A stretch of 64,000 bases of DNA from an uncultured Chloroflexia bacterium (GTDB taxonomy: Bacteria > Chloroflexota > Limnocylindria > Limnocylindrales > CSP1-4), in NCBI GenBank assembly GCA_963819655.1, contig CAWFXA010000002.1, forward strand, positions 320,001-384,000, given 5' to 3'. Position 1 is the stretch's first letter. Each line of letters starts with the position of its first letter. Shown here piece by piece: positions 18,251 through 27,328 of this stretch. The position numbers and the translations under genes were made by a program. The notes beneath the pieces were generated by a model, which worked only from the letters and a program-made list of their open reading frames with translations, had not been told where the DNA came from and made no database searches.

Positions 18251-21200
18251 TCACCCAGCTGTTCGAGCCACCCGATTGAGGGCAGCGAGCGCCCGTTCGT
18301 CGTCGGCGACCACGGCGACGCTGCCCTTGCGGGTGTCGAGCTCGATGGCCTTGCGGACCGCGGCGATAGCCTCGTCGTGGCGACCTGCGGCCTCCTTGAC
18401 GTCGGCGGCCGCCCGCAGCGTCCAGGCATGGAACGTCAGGAAGTCGGTCGTCTCGAAGTACGCAAGCGCCTCGCTGATGGCTGCGTCGGCCTCTGCGTGC
18501 CGCCCCTCCGCCGCCCTGACTCGGGCGACGGACCCGAGGGCCACCGCCCGGAGCCAGCCGCCGCCCTCAAGACCGCGTGCCGCGGCCGACGCCGCGAGGT
18601 CGCGATCCCCGGCAAGCCAGGCATTGCGGGCCAGGAAACCGGCGAGCATCGCGCTCGGCGCGCCCATCTGGTCCGTCTGCTCGAGGCCGTCCTTCAGTAC
18701 CTCCATCGCGGCGCGCGCATCGCCGGCCACCTGCTCGACGTCGGCCGCCAGCTCGGAGAGGAGCGCACGTGATGCCGCCTGGCCAAGCTCGTCGAGGATC
18801 GCGAGGCACTTGGCCGCTAACTCGCGCGCCTCGTCGAAGCGGCCCAGCCGGGCGACGAGGTGGGCCATCGCGTGCCACATCCAGCTCGCGACGGTCGCGC
18901 TGTCAGGCTCGGCCCGGAGGACCTCCTCGCACCGCCGGATGCCGTCCTCGACGGGCGTCGGGCCGGTGTTGAGGACGGCCGACAACTGAAGGTAGCCCAG
19001 CGCAAGCTCGCGCCGCCGGCCGCCGCGACGCGCGTGTTCGATGGCCCGCATCGCGGCCGCCTCCGCTTCGGCCCCGCGGCCAGCCTCCCAGTGACACGCG
19101 GACAGCAGGTCCCACGCGCGGGCCAGACCGACCTCGTCAGCCGCGTTCTCGAACAGCGCGACCGCCTCGTGGGCATCGGCCTCGGCTCGCTCACGGAGCG
19201 GACCGAGCTCGCTGGCTACCCCCCAGTGCTCGACTTTGGCGTGTGCTTCGAGGCGCCTGTCGCCCGAAGCCCGGGCGCCTTCGACGACATCCTCGAGGAT
19301 GGCGTAGGCGCGCGCCAGCTCACCGGTCTCGCCGAGAGCATCGGCGAGCTCGATGGATAACCACGGACGCTCCGGGTCAAGGAGCGGGAGGAGGGCGACG
19401 GTCCGCTCCAGGAGGTTGACGGCGGCCCGCATGTCGCCTCGCGCGACCGCGCGGTGGGCCGCCGAGCCGAGCCGACTCGCGGCGCGCCCTGCGAGGACGG
19501 CCGAGCGGCCGTCGTCCAGACCGAGCTCGACCCGGTTGCGATGGGCCTGCTCGAAGTGATAGCCGACGATCTCCTCGACCTCCCCCAGCCGATCGCCGGT
19601 GGTCTCCGCCAGCCATTCGGCGAAGCGTTCGTGGAGGGCCGCCCGCTCGGTCTTCGCTACCGAATCGTAGGCGGCGTCACGGATGAGGATGTGGCGGAAG
19701 CGGTACACGCCCTCATCGGCGAGGCGTGGCGACTCCGGCCGGATGAGATCCTTGCGCACCAGCGATGTCAGGCAGCCGGCCACCCGGGGACGCTCGGGCT
19801 CGGGCGAGAGGTGGCTCACCGCTCGGTCCTCGAATACCCGGCCGACGATCGAGGCCCGTTCGGCGACCCCTCGTTCCGTCGGATCGAGCCGGTCGAGGCG
19901 TGCGGCCAGAAGCGCCTGGATGTTCGGCGGGATCGGGATGCGGTCGAGTCCGTCGGCGACCCCCCAGCGCTCCCCGTCCGCCGGCCGGATGAAGCCGCCG
20001 TCGACGAGCATCGCGATGAGCTCCTCGAGGTACAGCGGGTTCCCCTCGGCCGCGTCGCTGATCCGGTTGCGCAAGGAGGCAGGCAGCGCGGCTCCCGGGA
20101 CCAGCTGATCGATCAGGACGGTTGCCGCGGACTCGCCCAGTGGCTCGAGCAGGATGGCCGTGGCGTTCAAGCGGCCGCCGCCCCACATGGGACGATCCTC
20201 GAGCAGTTCCGGACGCGCCGAGGCGATGATCAGGACTGCCGATCCGCGGATGAGATCGGCCAGGTGCTCGATGAGGTCGAGCAGGGTCGGCTCGGCCCAA
20301 TGGATGTCGTCGACGATAAGGACGACCGGTCGATCGATCGCGACCCATTCGACCAGCCGGCGGAGCGCCCAGAAGAGCTCCTCCTGGCGAGCCCGACCGG
20401 GCTCGAGCCCGAGGACCTCGGCCAGCCGGCCAGCGATCAGCCGGTCCTCGGGCGCCTCAGGGAGCAGGGCATCGAGCCGGCCGCGCGCGGCGGCCGCGTC
20501 GTCGGTCTCCTTGATCCCCGCCACGGCCCGGACGATCTCGATGACCGGCCAATAGGTGATGCCCTCGCCGTACGGCAGGCAACGGCCGCGCAGGACCGTG
20601 ACCCCGTCCGGCAGGGCGGCGACGAATTCGCGCACGAGCCGGCTCTTGCCGACCCCGGCGGTGCCGAAGATCGTCAGTAGCTGGGCCGTCCGGACGCCAA
20701 CCGCCCGATCGAACACGCCGCGCAGGACGCCGAGCTCAGCATCGCGGGCGACCATCGGCCCGTCGGGTCGACGCGGCTGGTCATCCGCGCCAGGGCGGAT
20801 CGCGATGAGGCGTGCGACGGGGACCGGCTCGATCCGGCCACGGACGGCGAGTGGATCGAGGACCTCGAGCTCGGCGACCTCGCGGACCAGTCGGGTCGTC
20901 TCCGGCCCGAGCAGGATCTCGTCCGGGGCCGCCGCCTGCTCGAGTCGCGCGGCGACGTTTACGGTGTCGCCGGTGACGAGCGTCGGCAGGTCCGGTCCGA
21001 CACCGGCGACCACCGGACCCGTGCAGATGCCGGTCCGAACCCGTAACTCGCTCCCGCGCTCGGCGTTCAAGGTGACAAGCGCCTCACGCATCGCGACCGC
21101 GGCGCGCGCCGCCCGGATGGCGTCGTCCTCGTGGACGGATGGCACGCCGAAGACGGCCATGATGGCATCGCCGATGAACTTCTCGACGGTCCCGCCATAG

Positions 21201-21433
21201 CGCTCGATGACATCGCGCATCGCGGCGAAGTAGTCGGTCATGACGTGGCGGACGGCCTCGGGATCGAGCCGCTCGCCCATCGCCGTCGATCCGACGACGT
21301 CGGCGAACAGCACCGTGACCGTCTTGCGGACCTCACGCGGACGGGGCTCGTCGACCACCAGGCGGGCGCCGCATTCGAGACAGAACTTCGCCTGCTCCGG
21401 GTTGTGCGCCTCGCAGTTCGGGCATGCCCTCAC
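18251..21433 (-). CDS. Zn-ribbon + class III adenylate/guanylate cyclase + AAA (STAND) + TPR protein
   Basis: CPNC...CLECG, VTVLFADVVGST, KFIGDA, GDTVNVAARL, GTAGVGKSRL, DDIHWA, GNPLY. Confidence 0.9.
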   Translation of the reverse strand: MRACPNCEAHNPEQAKFCLECGARLVVDEPRPREVRKTVTVLFADVVGSTAMGERLDPEAVRHVMTDYFAAMRDVIERYGGTVEKFIGDAIMAVFGVPSVHEDDAIRAARAAVAMREALVTLNAERGSELRVRTGICTGPVVAGVGPDLPTLVTGDTVNVAARLEQAAAPDEILLGPETTRLVREVAELEVLDPLAVRGRIEPVPVARLIAIRPGADDQPRRPDGPMVARDAELGVLRGVFDRAVGVRTAQLLTIFGTAGVGKSRLVREFVAALPDGVTVLRGRCLPYGEGITYWPVIEIVRAVAGIKETDDAAAARGRLDALLPEAPEDRLIAGRLAEVLGLEPGRARQEELFWALRRLVEWVAIDRPVVLIVDDIHWAEPTLLDLIEHLADLIRGSAVLIIASARPELLEDRPMWGGGRLNATAILLEPLGESAATVLIDQLVPGAALPASLRNRISDAAEGNPLYLEELIAMLVDGGFIRPADGERWGVADGLDRIPIPPNIQALLAARLDRLDPTERGVAERASIVGRVFEDRAVSHLSPEPERPRVAGCLTSLVRKDLIRPESPRLADEGVYRFRHILIRDAAYDSVAKTERAALHERFAEWLAETTGDRLGEVEEIVGYHFEQAHRNRVELGLDDGRSAVLAGRAASRLGSAAHRAVARGDMRAAVNLLERTVALLPLLDPERPWLSIELADALGETGELARAYAILEDVVEGARASGDRRLEAHAKVEHWGVASELGPLRERAEADAHEAVALFENAADEVGLARAWDLLSACHWEAGRGAEAEAAAMRAIEHARRGGRRRELALGYLQLSAVLNTGPTPVEDGIRRCEEVLRAEPDSATVASWMWHAMAHLVARLGRFDEARELAAKCLAILDELGQAASRALLSELAADVEQVAGDARAAMEVLKDGLEQTDQMGAPSAMLAGFLARNAWLAGDRDLAASAAARGLEGGGWLRAVALGSVARVRAAEGRHAEADAAISEALAYFETTDFLTFHAWTLRAAADVKEAAGRHDEAIAAVRKAIELDTRKGSVAVVADDERALAALNRVARTAG

Positions 21434-21823
21434 GGGCCGAGTCTAGGCGCGCTGACCGGGCACCGCGCTAGAGGCTTTCATCCCGAGATGTTCGCGTCAG
21501 GGCCTGACGGCCATTGATCTGTCAAAGGAGCTCCCGGCGCAACGTCCCCACCGAGTTGCGAGGAAGCGCGATATGCGCCCGGTAGATCGCCTTATGGCAG
21601 CAGTCAACGACGGTGATCGCGCCGCCTGGGGAGCCTCCTCCGGGTGGTTGTCACGATGAAGAACGGGATCTGCCACGGATTGCTGCCGCCCCACGCATCG
21701 GCCACCCTCGTAGGTGTTCTGGCCGCCGGCGACCGCTCCGAGTCGGCCAATGCCTCGTCGATGTGGACCTCTTCTTCGACCGTGCCGCCCGCGTCCTCGT
21801 CGAGTTCGAACGGATCGTCGCCA

Positions 21824-21888
21824 GACCGCCTGAGCGTTGTGGCCACCCGAGTGGGACCCCGAGCGAAACGGGTGGAGTTTTACGCTCT
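21824..21888 (+). repeat. Module left-end repeat, copy 1
   Basis: GACCGCCTGAGCGTTGTGGCCACCCGAGTGGGACCCCGAGCGAAACGGG (49 bp, identical to 27222-27270) then TG-GAGTTTTACGCTCT. Confidence 0.95.
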
Positions 21889-22462
21889 AGGATTCCTGCT
21901 CGGCCGTGCGCAGTAGGGCCAGGGCGTTCTGGATGCCCTGCTCCAGGACCTCGTCGGCAAGCTTCTGATCGGACAGGGCGCGGGAGACCTGGAGCGTCCC
22001 GACCATCAGGGCGAAGACGCTGAGGGTCCTGACGCGCGCTGATTGGGGATCTTCCGCTGCCAATCGGGCGGCAGCGTCATCGATGATCGCCAGCTGCCCA
22101 TCGGTGTAGGCGCGCTTCACGGCGTCGGACGAGCGGGCGATCTCGTCGAGGAGCGCGGCCGATGGACAGCCGCCCTCGGTGTCGTCGCGGTGCTGAGGCG
22201 ACAGATAGCCGCTAACGATTTCCTCGAGCGACTGCGTGCTGTATCGCTCGCGCTGCTCGCGGAGCTGGTCCGCGACCGTGCTCGCGACGAGATCCTCCTT
22301 CGAGTCGAAGTGGGCGTAGAAGGCGCCGTTGGTCAGCCCGGCGTCGGCCATGAGCGTCGCCACCCCGGAGCCATCGATGCCGTCGCGCTTGAGCCGACGG
22401 CCTGCCGCCTCGATGATCCGCCCCCGCGTCGCCTGCTTGTGCTCTTTCCCGTACCGCGCCAT
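21887..22462 (-). CDS. TetR/AcrR family regulator
   Basis: GIDGSGVATLMADAGLTNGAFYAHFDSKE, HRD..EGGCP. Confidence 0.92.
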   Translation of the reverse strand: MARYGKEHKQATRGRIIEAAGRRLKRDGIDGSGVATLMADAGLTNGAFYAHFDSKEDLVASTVADQLREQRERYSTQSLEEIVSGYLSPQHRDDTEGGCPSAALLDEIARSSDAVKRAYTDGQLAIIDDAAARLAAEDPQSARVRTLSVFALMVGTLQVSRALSDQKLADEVLEQGIQNALALLRTAEQES

Positions 22463-22564
22463 CTGCGACTCCCTCATTGGGAAGGGTTCGTCCTTCCTCT
22501 TGACATCCATTATATGTCATGCGTAATATTACGACCATCAGCCAATTAGCGCAAGGAGTCCACG

Positions 22565-23380
22565 ATGACATCAGCCAAGCCAGTCGCGCTCGTGACGGGC
22601 GCCTCCTCCGGCATCGGGAATGCAGCCGCCCTCGCCCTCGTCACGGCCGGTTTCGAGGTGGTCGGCACGAGCCGGAAGACGTCCGGCGTCGCTCCAGTCG
22701 ACGGCGTCACGTTCCTCGACCTCGACGTGACCAGTGACGAGTCGGTTAGCTCGGCGGTCGGGCGCGTGATCGAGCGGTTCGGGCGGCTCGACGTGCTGGT
22801 CAACAACGCGGGCATCGGGGCAGCCGGGGCCGCCGAAGAAAGCTCCGTCGCCCAGGACCAGCGCGTCTTCGATATCAACTTCTTCGGGCTCGTCCGAATG
22901 ACGAAAGCGGTCCTCCCGCACATGCGCGCGGCCGGAAGGGGTCGGATTATCAGCATCTCCTCGGTGCTCGGGCTCGTCCCCGCTCCGTACATGGCCAGTT
23001 ACGCCGCCACCAAGCACGCGATCGAGGGCTACTCCGAGTCGGTCGACCACGAGGTTCGGGAGCACGGCATCCGCGTGCTTCTCGTCGAGCCCGGCTACAC
23101 GCGGACCGGCTTCGACGCCAACGCCATCCAGCCCGACGCACCGTTGCCGATCTACGCGCTGCAGCGGCACGTCTTCGACGGGGTGTTGGCGCGAGGCATG
23201 GCAGACGGCGATGACCCGGCCATCGTCGCCAAGGCGATCGTCGCGGCGGCGACGGACCCGAAGCCGAAGCTGCGCTACACCGCCGGCCCGGCGGCCGGAC
23301 GCGTCAGCGTCCTGCGCCGCTTCGTTCCCACGCGGGTCTTCGACCGGCAGATCCGGAAGCTCAACCGCCTGCCCGCCTGA
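22565..23380 (+). CDS. Short-chain dehydrogenase/reductase
   Basis: TGASSGIG, NNAG, YAATK. Confidence 0.93.
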   Translation: MTSAKPVALVTGASSGIGNAAALALVTAGFEVVGTSRKTSGVAPVDGVTFLDLDVTSDESVSSAVGRVIERFGRLDVLVNNAGIGAAGAAEESSVAQDQRVFDINFFGLVRMTKAVLPHMRAAGRGRIISISSVLGLVPAPYMASYAATKHAIEGYSESVDHEVREHGIRVLLVEPGYTRTGFDANAIQPDAPLPIYALQRHVFDGVLARGMADGDDPAIVAKAIVAAATDPKPKLRYTAGPAAGRVSVLRRFVPTRVFDRQIRKLNRLPA

Positions 23381-23417
23381 AGCCAATCCTCAATCAGCCA
23401 TACCAAGGAGACCCGTC

Positions 23418-24278
23418 ATGAGCACCATGAGCATCGACCCCGTCATCACGTCCTACGCGATGGCGCCGGCCCTCACCATCACCGCAGGCGACGCGACCTA
23501 CGCCTATCGCGAGCTCGGACCGAAGGGCGGGATCCCCGTGATCCTCTTTGTCCACCTTGCTGCGACCCTCGACAACTGGGACCCGCGCATCGTCGACCCC
23601 ATCGCCAGAGAGCACCATGTCATCGCATTCGACAACCGCGGCGTCGGCGCCTCCACCGGCCAGGTTCCCGACAGCGTCGAAGCGATGGCCGACGACGCCT
23701 ACGCCTTCATCCGCGCGCTCGGCTTCGACGAGGTCGACATCTTCGCCTTCTCCCTCGGCGGCTTCGTCGCCCAGGCTCTCGTGATCAAGCACCCGGATCT
23801 GGTCCGCAAGTTGGTCCTCACCGGGACCGGCCCTGCCGGAGGGAAGGACATCGACAAGGTCGCCGGCATCACCTACTGGGACATGTTGCGCGCGGCCCTG
23901 ACCCGGTCGGACCCGAAGGAGTTCCTGTTCTTCAACCGCAACGCCACCGGCAAGCCCGCCGCCCGCGCCTTCGTCAACCGACTCACGGAGCGCACCGTCG
24001 ACCGGGACGCCGCGATCTCGGTGAAGGCTTTCCAGACCCAGCTCAAGGCGATCAAGAAGTGGGGTCGCTCGGCCCCTGCCGACCTGTCGAAGGTCACCCA
24101 GCCCACCTTGATCGCCAACGGCGACAACGACCGGATGGTGCCCTCCGTGCTATCCGAGGACCTGCACCGCCGCATCCGCGGCTCCGAGCTCGTGATCTAC
24201 CCCGACTCCGGCCACGGCGGCATCTTCCAGTTCCACGACACCTTCGTCCCGGTCGCCGTCGAGTTCCTCGACCGCTGA
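23418..24278 (+). CDS. Alpha/beta hydrolase
   Basis: RBS AAGGAG; FDNRGVGAS, AFSLGG, GDND, DSGHGGIFQ. Confidence 0.88.
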   Translation: MSTMSIDPVITSYAMAPALTITAGDATYAYRELGPKGGIPVILFVHLAATLDNWDPRIVDPIAREHHVIAFDNRGVGASTGQVPDSVEAMADDAYAFIRALGFDEVDIFAFSLGGFVAQALVIKHPDLVRKLVLTGTGPAGGKDIDKVAGITYWDMLRAALTRSDPKEFLFFNRNATGKPAARAFVNRLTERTVDRDAAISVKAFQTQLKAIKKWGRSAPADLSKVTQPTLIANGDNDRMVPSVLSEDLHRRIRGSELVIYPDSGHGGIFQFHDTFVPVAVEFLDR

Positions 24279-24305
24279 CCGCACCCTACGAAGGAAGGCA
24301 AGAAG

Positions 24306-25100
24306 GTGGCTACGACACGTCAAGCGGCGAAGAAGCCCCTCGTCTCATCGATCCTGCTGTGGATGCGGACCGATCAGCCCCGTCAGCAAGGCATGGACTA
24401 CTGGAAGGGCCCGCACTCGAAGATCATCTCCGCGACGCCGGGGATGGAGGAGTACCGCCAGATCCATCTGGCGGAGAACAATCCCGGGCTGTGGCCCGCC
24501 ATCCGCGGCGTCGAAACGGTCATCCCCGCCAACCGCCGGATCGACGGGGTCGCCGAGGTCACGTTCACGTCCGTTCTCTCCCCGCTGCGGGGCCGCAAGC
24601 AGACCGGGCTCGCGTACAAGGATGAGGTGAACGTGTTCCGGCGCACCCTGCTCTACGCGGGGCTACCGAACTCGGCCCGCTGGTACAACGTGGCCGGTCC
24701 CGGTGAGAAGGCGGGAGCGCGAAGCCTGATCTACCTCCGCAGGCGGGAAGGCGTCAAGACCGGTGCGTTCCGGAGGTTTCTCACGGACGAGCTTGTTCCC
24801 GCTCTCGTCAAGACAGGAGCCCTGCGGGAACTCCGAACCCAGGTCTTCATGCCCTGGATCAAGAGACTCTGGGACACCCCGAACGTCGCGCACGACAACC
24901 CCGCTGACCAGCGGTTCCAGGCCTCACTGGTCCTCGGCTTCACCGATACCAACGCCCTGTGGACGTTCTTCCGTGGCGGAGAGGTCGCCTCGCTTTCAAG
25001 CAAGTTGCCCGAGTTCGTTTCCGCCGTCCACGCCTACGAGGTCACCGAAGCGCTGACCTACGTGAAGGACGGCAAGATCCTCCCGCACAATCAGACGTAA
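24306..25100 (+). CDS. EthD-like (dimeric alpha/beta barrel) protein
   Basis: YWKGPHS...PGMEEYRQIH...IDGVAEVTF...DE; co-transcribed with SDR and hydrolase. Confidence 0.6.
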   Translation: MATTRQAAKKPLVSSILLWMRTDQPRQQGMDYWKGPHSKIISATPGMEEYRQIHLAENNPGLWPAIRGVETVIPANRRIDGVAEVTFTSVLSPLRGRKQTGLAYKDEVNVFRRTLLYAGLPNSARWYNVAGPGEKAGARSLIYLRRREGVKTGAFRRFLTDELVPALVKTGALRELRTQVFMPWIKRLWDTPNVAHDNPADQRFQASLVLGFTDTNALWTFFRGGEVASLSSKLPEFVSAVHAYEVTEALTYVKDGKILPHNQT

Positions 25101-25167
25101 CGGCGCGCCCCGGTCCCGAGCTCCGGGCCACGACGCACGGTGCGATCAGGTGGAGTGCCGGTCATCG

Positions 25168-26011
25168 TCAGGCCTCCGCCACGTCGAGCGAGACGAAGCG
25201 CTCGCGGTTGAAGTCGATGTCGGCCTGCAGGTCGGCGACCTTCTGCTCGGTGGAAGCGATCGAGTCGGCGCCGGCGATGAACCGGCGTCGCGGCGGCTCC
25301 TCGCTGGCGATCGTCACGAGCGCCTGGGCGAGCTTGGCCGGGTCGCCTGACTGGCGGCCATTCTGGGAGGTCCACCAGTCGATCTGGGCAGCGCGTCGCT
25401 CGGCGTAGTCGTCGATCGACAGTTGGGCGAAGTTCGTCGACTCAGGCGTCAGCAGCTCGGTCCGGAAGAAGCCGGGATTGACGATCGTGGTGTGGATGCC
25501 GAACGGCTGCGACCTCCGGCCGCAACGACTCCATCCAGCCCTCGATCCCGAACTTGGACGCCGCGTAGGCCGTCCCGAACTCGAAGCCGGAAAGCCCCGC
25601 GCTCGAGGAGATCGTGATGACGTGACCGGATCGCTGCCGGCGCATCACGGGCAGGACGGCGCGGGTGACGTTCATCGGGCCGATGAGCGTCGTCGCGAGC
25701 TGGCGCTCCATCTGCTCCGGCGTCAGCTCCTCGAAGAAGCCGGCGTTGAAGTTGCCGGCGTTGTTGACGAGGACATCGATCCGCCCGAATCGCTCGACCG
25801 CGGCCTGGACCGCGGCCAAGGCGTCGGCGGGGCTGGTCACGTCGAGCCTCACGGCGAGCAGGTCGGCAGGGTCGCCGACCGCCTTCGTCACCGCCTCAGG
25901 GTTGCGGCCCGTCGCGACCACGGAATTGCTGGCGGCCAGCGCGGCCTTGGCGATGTCGACGCCCATGCCGCGCCCGGCACCCGTGATGAACCAGACCTTC
26001 CTTTCGGTCAT
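25168..26011 (-). CDS. Short-chain dehydrogenase/reductase (frameshift near 25505)
   Basis: WFITGAGRGMG, NNAG, YAASKF; C-terminal GDPAKLAQAL...RRFIAGAD lies in a shifted frame. Confidence 0.85.
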
Positions 26012-26149
26012 CGGAAATCTCCTTTACGTGGTGGTTTGACCTTCTGCGGGCCATCCAACCACCCGCCATCCCGGTCGGAAAGGCACGCGTTATCGGGGTA
26101 TTGCTGATGCCTGCCTACCAGCGCACGAGGGGCGTAGGGTGGGCGTGAC

Positions 26150-27032
26150 GTGAGCAGCGCCGACGAGATCCGCGAGTTCCTGACGACGCGCCGGGCGAAG
26201 CTGTCCCCCGAGCGCGCCAGCGTGCCGAGGTATGGCCGCAAGCGGCGAGTGCCCGGCCTGCGGCGCGAAGAGGTCGCCCTCCGCGCCGGGATCAGCGTCG
26301 AGTGGTACACGCGCCTGGAGCGCGGCGTCGCGCGGGGCGTCTCCGATGAAGTCCTCGACGCCATCGGCAGCGCGCTCCAGCTCGACGAGGCCGAGCGCGC
26401 CCACCTCGCGGATCTCGTGCGCACCGCGAACGCGGAGCGGCCGCCACGACGAACCTCGACCCCGCAGGGCGTGCGTCCGAGCCTCGCCCGGCATCGTCGA
26501 TGTGATGGGCCCGATCCCGTCCTGCGTGACGAACGGTCGGCTCGACGTCCTCTACGCGAACGATCTCGCGGAGGCGCTCTTCTCGGATGTCTTCCGTGAC
26601 CCCGTCCGCCCGCCCAACTTCGCCCGCTTCGTGTTCCTCGATCCACGAGCGAGGACGTTCTACCGCGACTGGGAGAAAGCTGCCAATGACACCGTCGCAG
26701 TGCTGCGCGCGGCGGCCGGCCGGGACCCGTACGACCGCAGCCTGTCCGACCTGGTCGGGCAGCTCTCGACGCGGAGCGACGAGTTCCGGGTCCGCTGGGC
26801 GGCGCACGATGTCGCGTTCCATCGCACGGCCACCAAGCACATGCACCATCCGCTCGTGGGCGACCTGACCCTCGCCTTCGAGATGCTCGAGCTCCCAGCC
26901 GATCCGGGGCTGTCGGTGCTCATCTACTCCGCCGAGCCCGGCTCACCGTCTGAAGAGGCCATGCGCGAGCTGGCGCGCTGGAGCGAGACGCGGACCAAGC
27001 TCTCGGCAGCTCGGGCCGGATCCGAGACCTGA
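26150..27032 (+). CDS. XRE-family HTH regulator with MmyB-like ligand domain (frameshift near 26490)
   Basis: RRVPGLRREEVA...WYTRLERG, then PNFARFVFLDP...FRVRWAAHDV...HPLVGDLTL. Confidence 0.88.
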
Positions 27033-27063
27033 CCCAGCACGCCGGGCCATCTCGATGCCCGCA

Positions 27064-27180
27064 GAGTTTTACGCTCTAGGAGCGATGTGGCGGCCAAGGC
27101 GTGTGGGCAATGCCTCGGAATAGACCTACAAACCAAAGCCGACGGTCGAGCCGCGCTCAGCAGGTATCATCGCGGTCCGC
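27064..27180 (+). repeat. Module right end: palindromic site plus spacer plus -10 box (TATCAT 27165-27170)
   Basis: GAGTTTTACGCTCTAGGAGCGATGTGGC...TAGACCTACAAACCAAAGCCGACGGTC...GGTATCAT, homologous to 31291-31409. Confidence 0.85.
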
Positions 27181-27220
27181 GCGCCTGTAGCTCAGGGGAT
27201 AGAGCGTCGCCTCCGGAGCC
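27181..27220 (+). pseudogene. 5' half of tRNA-Arg(CCG) (displaced fragment, att-like)
   Basis: GCGCCTGTAGCTCAGGGGATAGAGCGTCG-CCTCCGGAGCC versus tRNA 31410-31450 (1 substitution, 1 deletion); stops 3 nt after the anticodon loop. Confidence 0.9.
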
Positions 27221-27221
27221 T

Positions 27222-27286
27222 GACCGCCTGAGCGTTGTGGCCACCCGAGTGGGACCCCGAGCGAAACGGGCTGAGTCTTACGCTCT
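27222..27286 (+). repeat. Module left-end repeat, copy 2
   Basis: 49 bp identical to 21824-21872, then CT-GAGTCTTACGCTCT. Confidence 0.95.
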
Positions 27287-27328
27287 GTGCGGAAGACCAC
27301 GGTGCAAGGAGTGGGCTCGCGCTCGGCT

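Larger units (their letters stand above)
21824..27220 (+). mobile_element. Putative non-autonomous integrative module 'M2' (no integrase; TetR-SDR-hydrolase-EthD-SDR-XRE cargo)
   Basis: 49-bp left end identical to 27222-27270; cargo flanked by 18-bp direct repeat GAGTTTTACGCTCTAGGA (21875-21892, 27064-27081); ends in promoter plus tRNA-Arg 5' half. Confidence 0.65.

Noticed and set aside
18251-21433. Cyclase-AAA-TPR protein as a novel defence system
   Set aside because: This architecture is common and expanded in high-GC soil bacteria, and no adjacent effector gene is seen.
21845-21872. GAGTGGGAC and GCGAAAC in the left-end repeat as a c-di-GMP-I riboswitch
   Set aside because: The GGCAAAC and GCAAAG elements and the second stem are absent, and the context is an element boundary.
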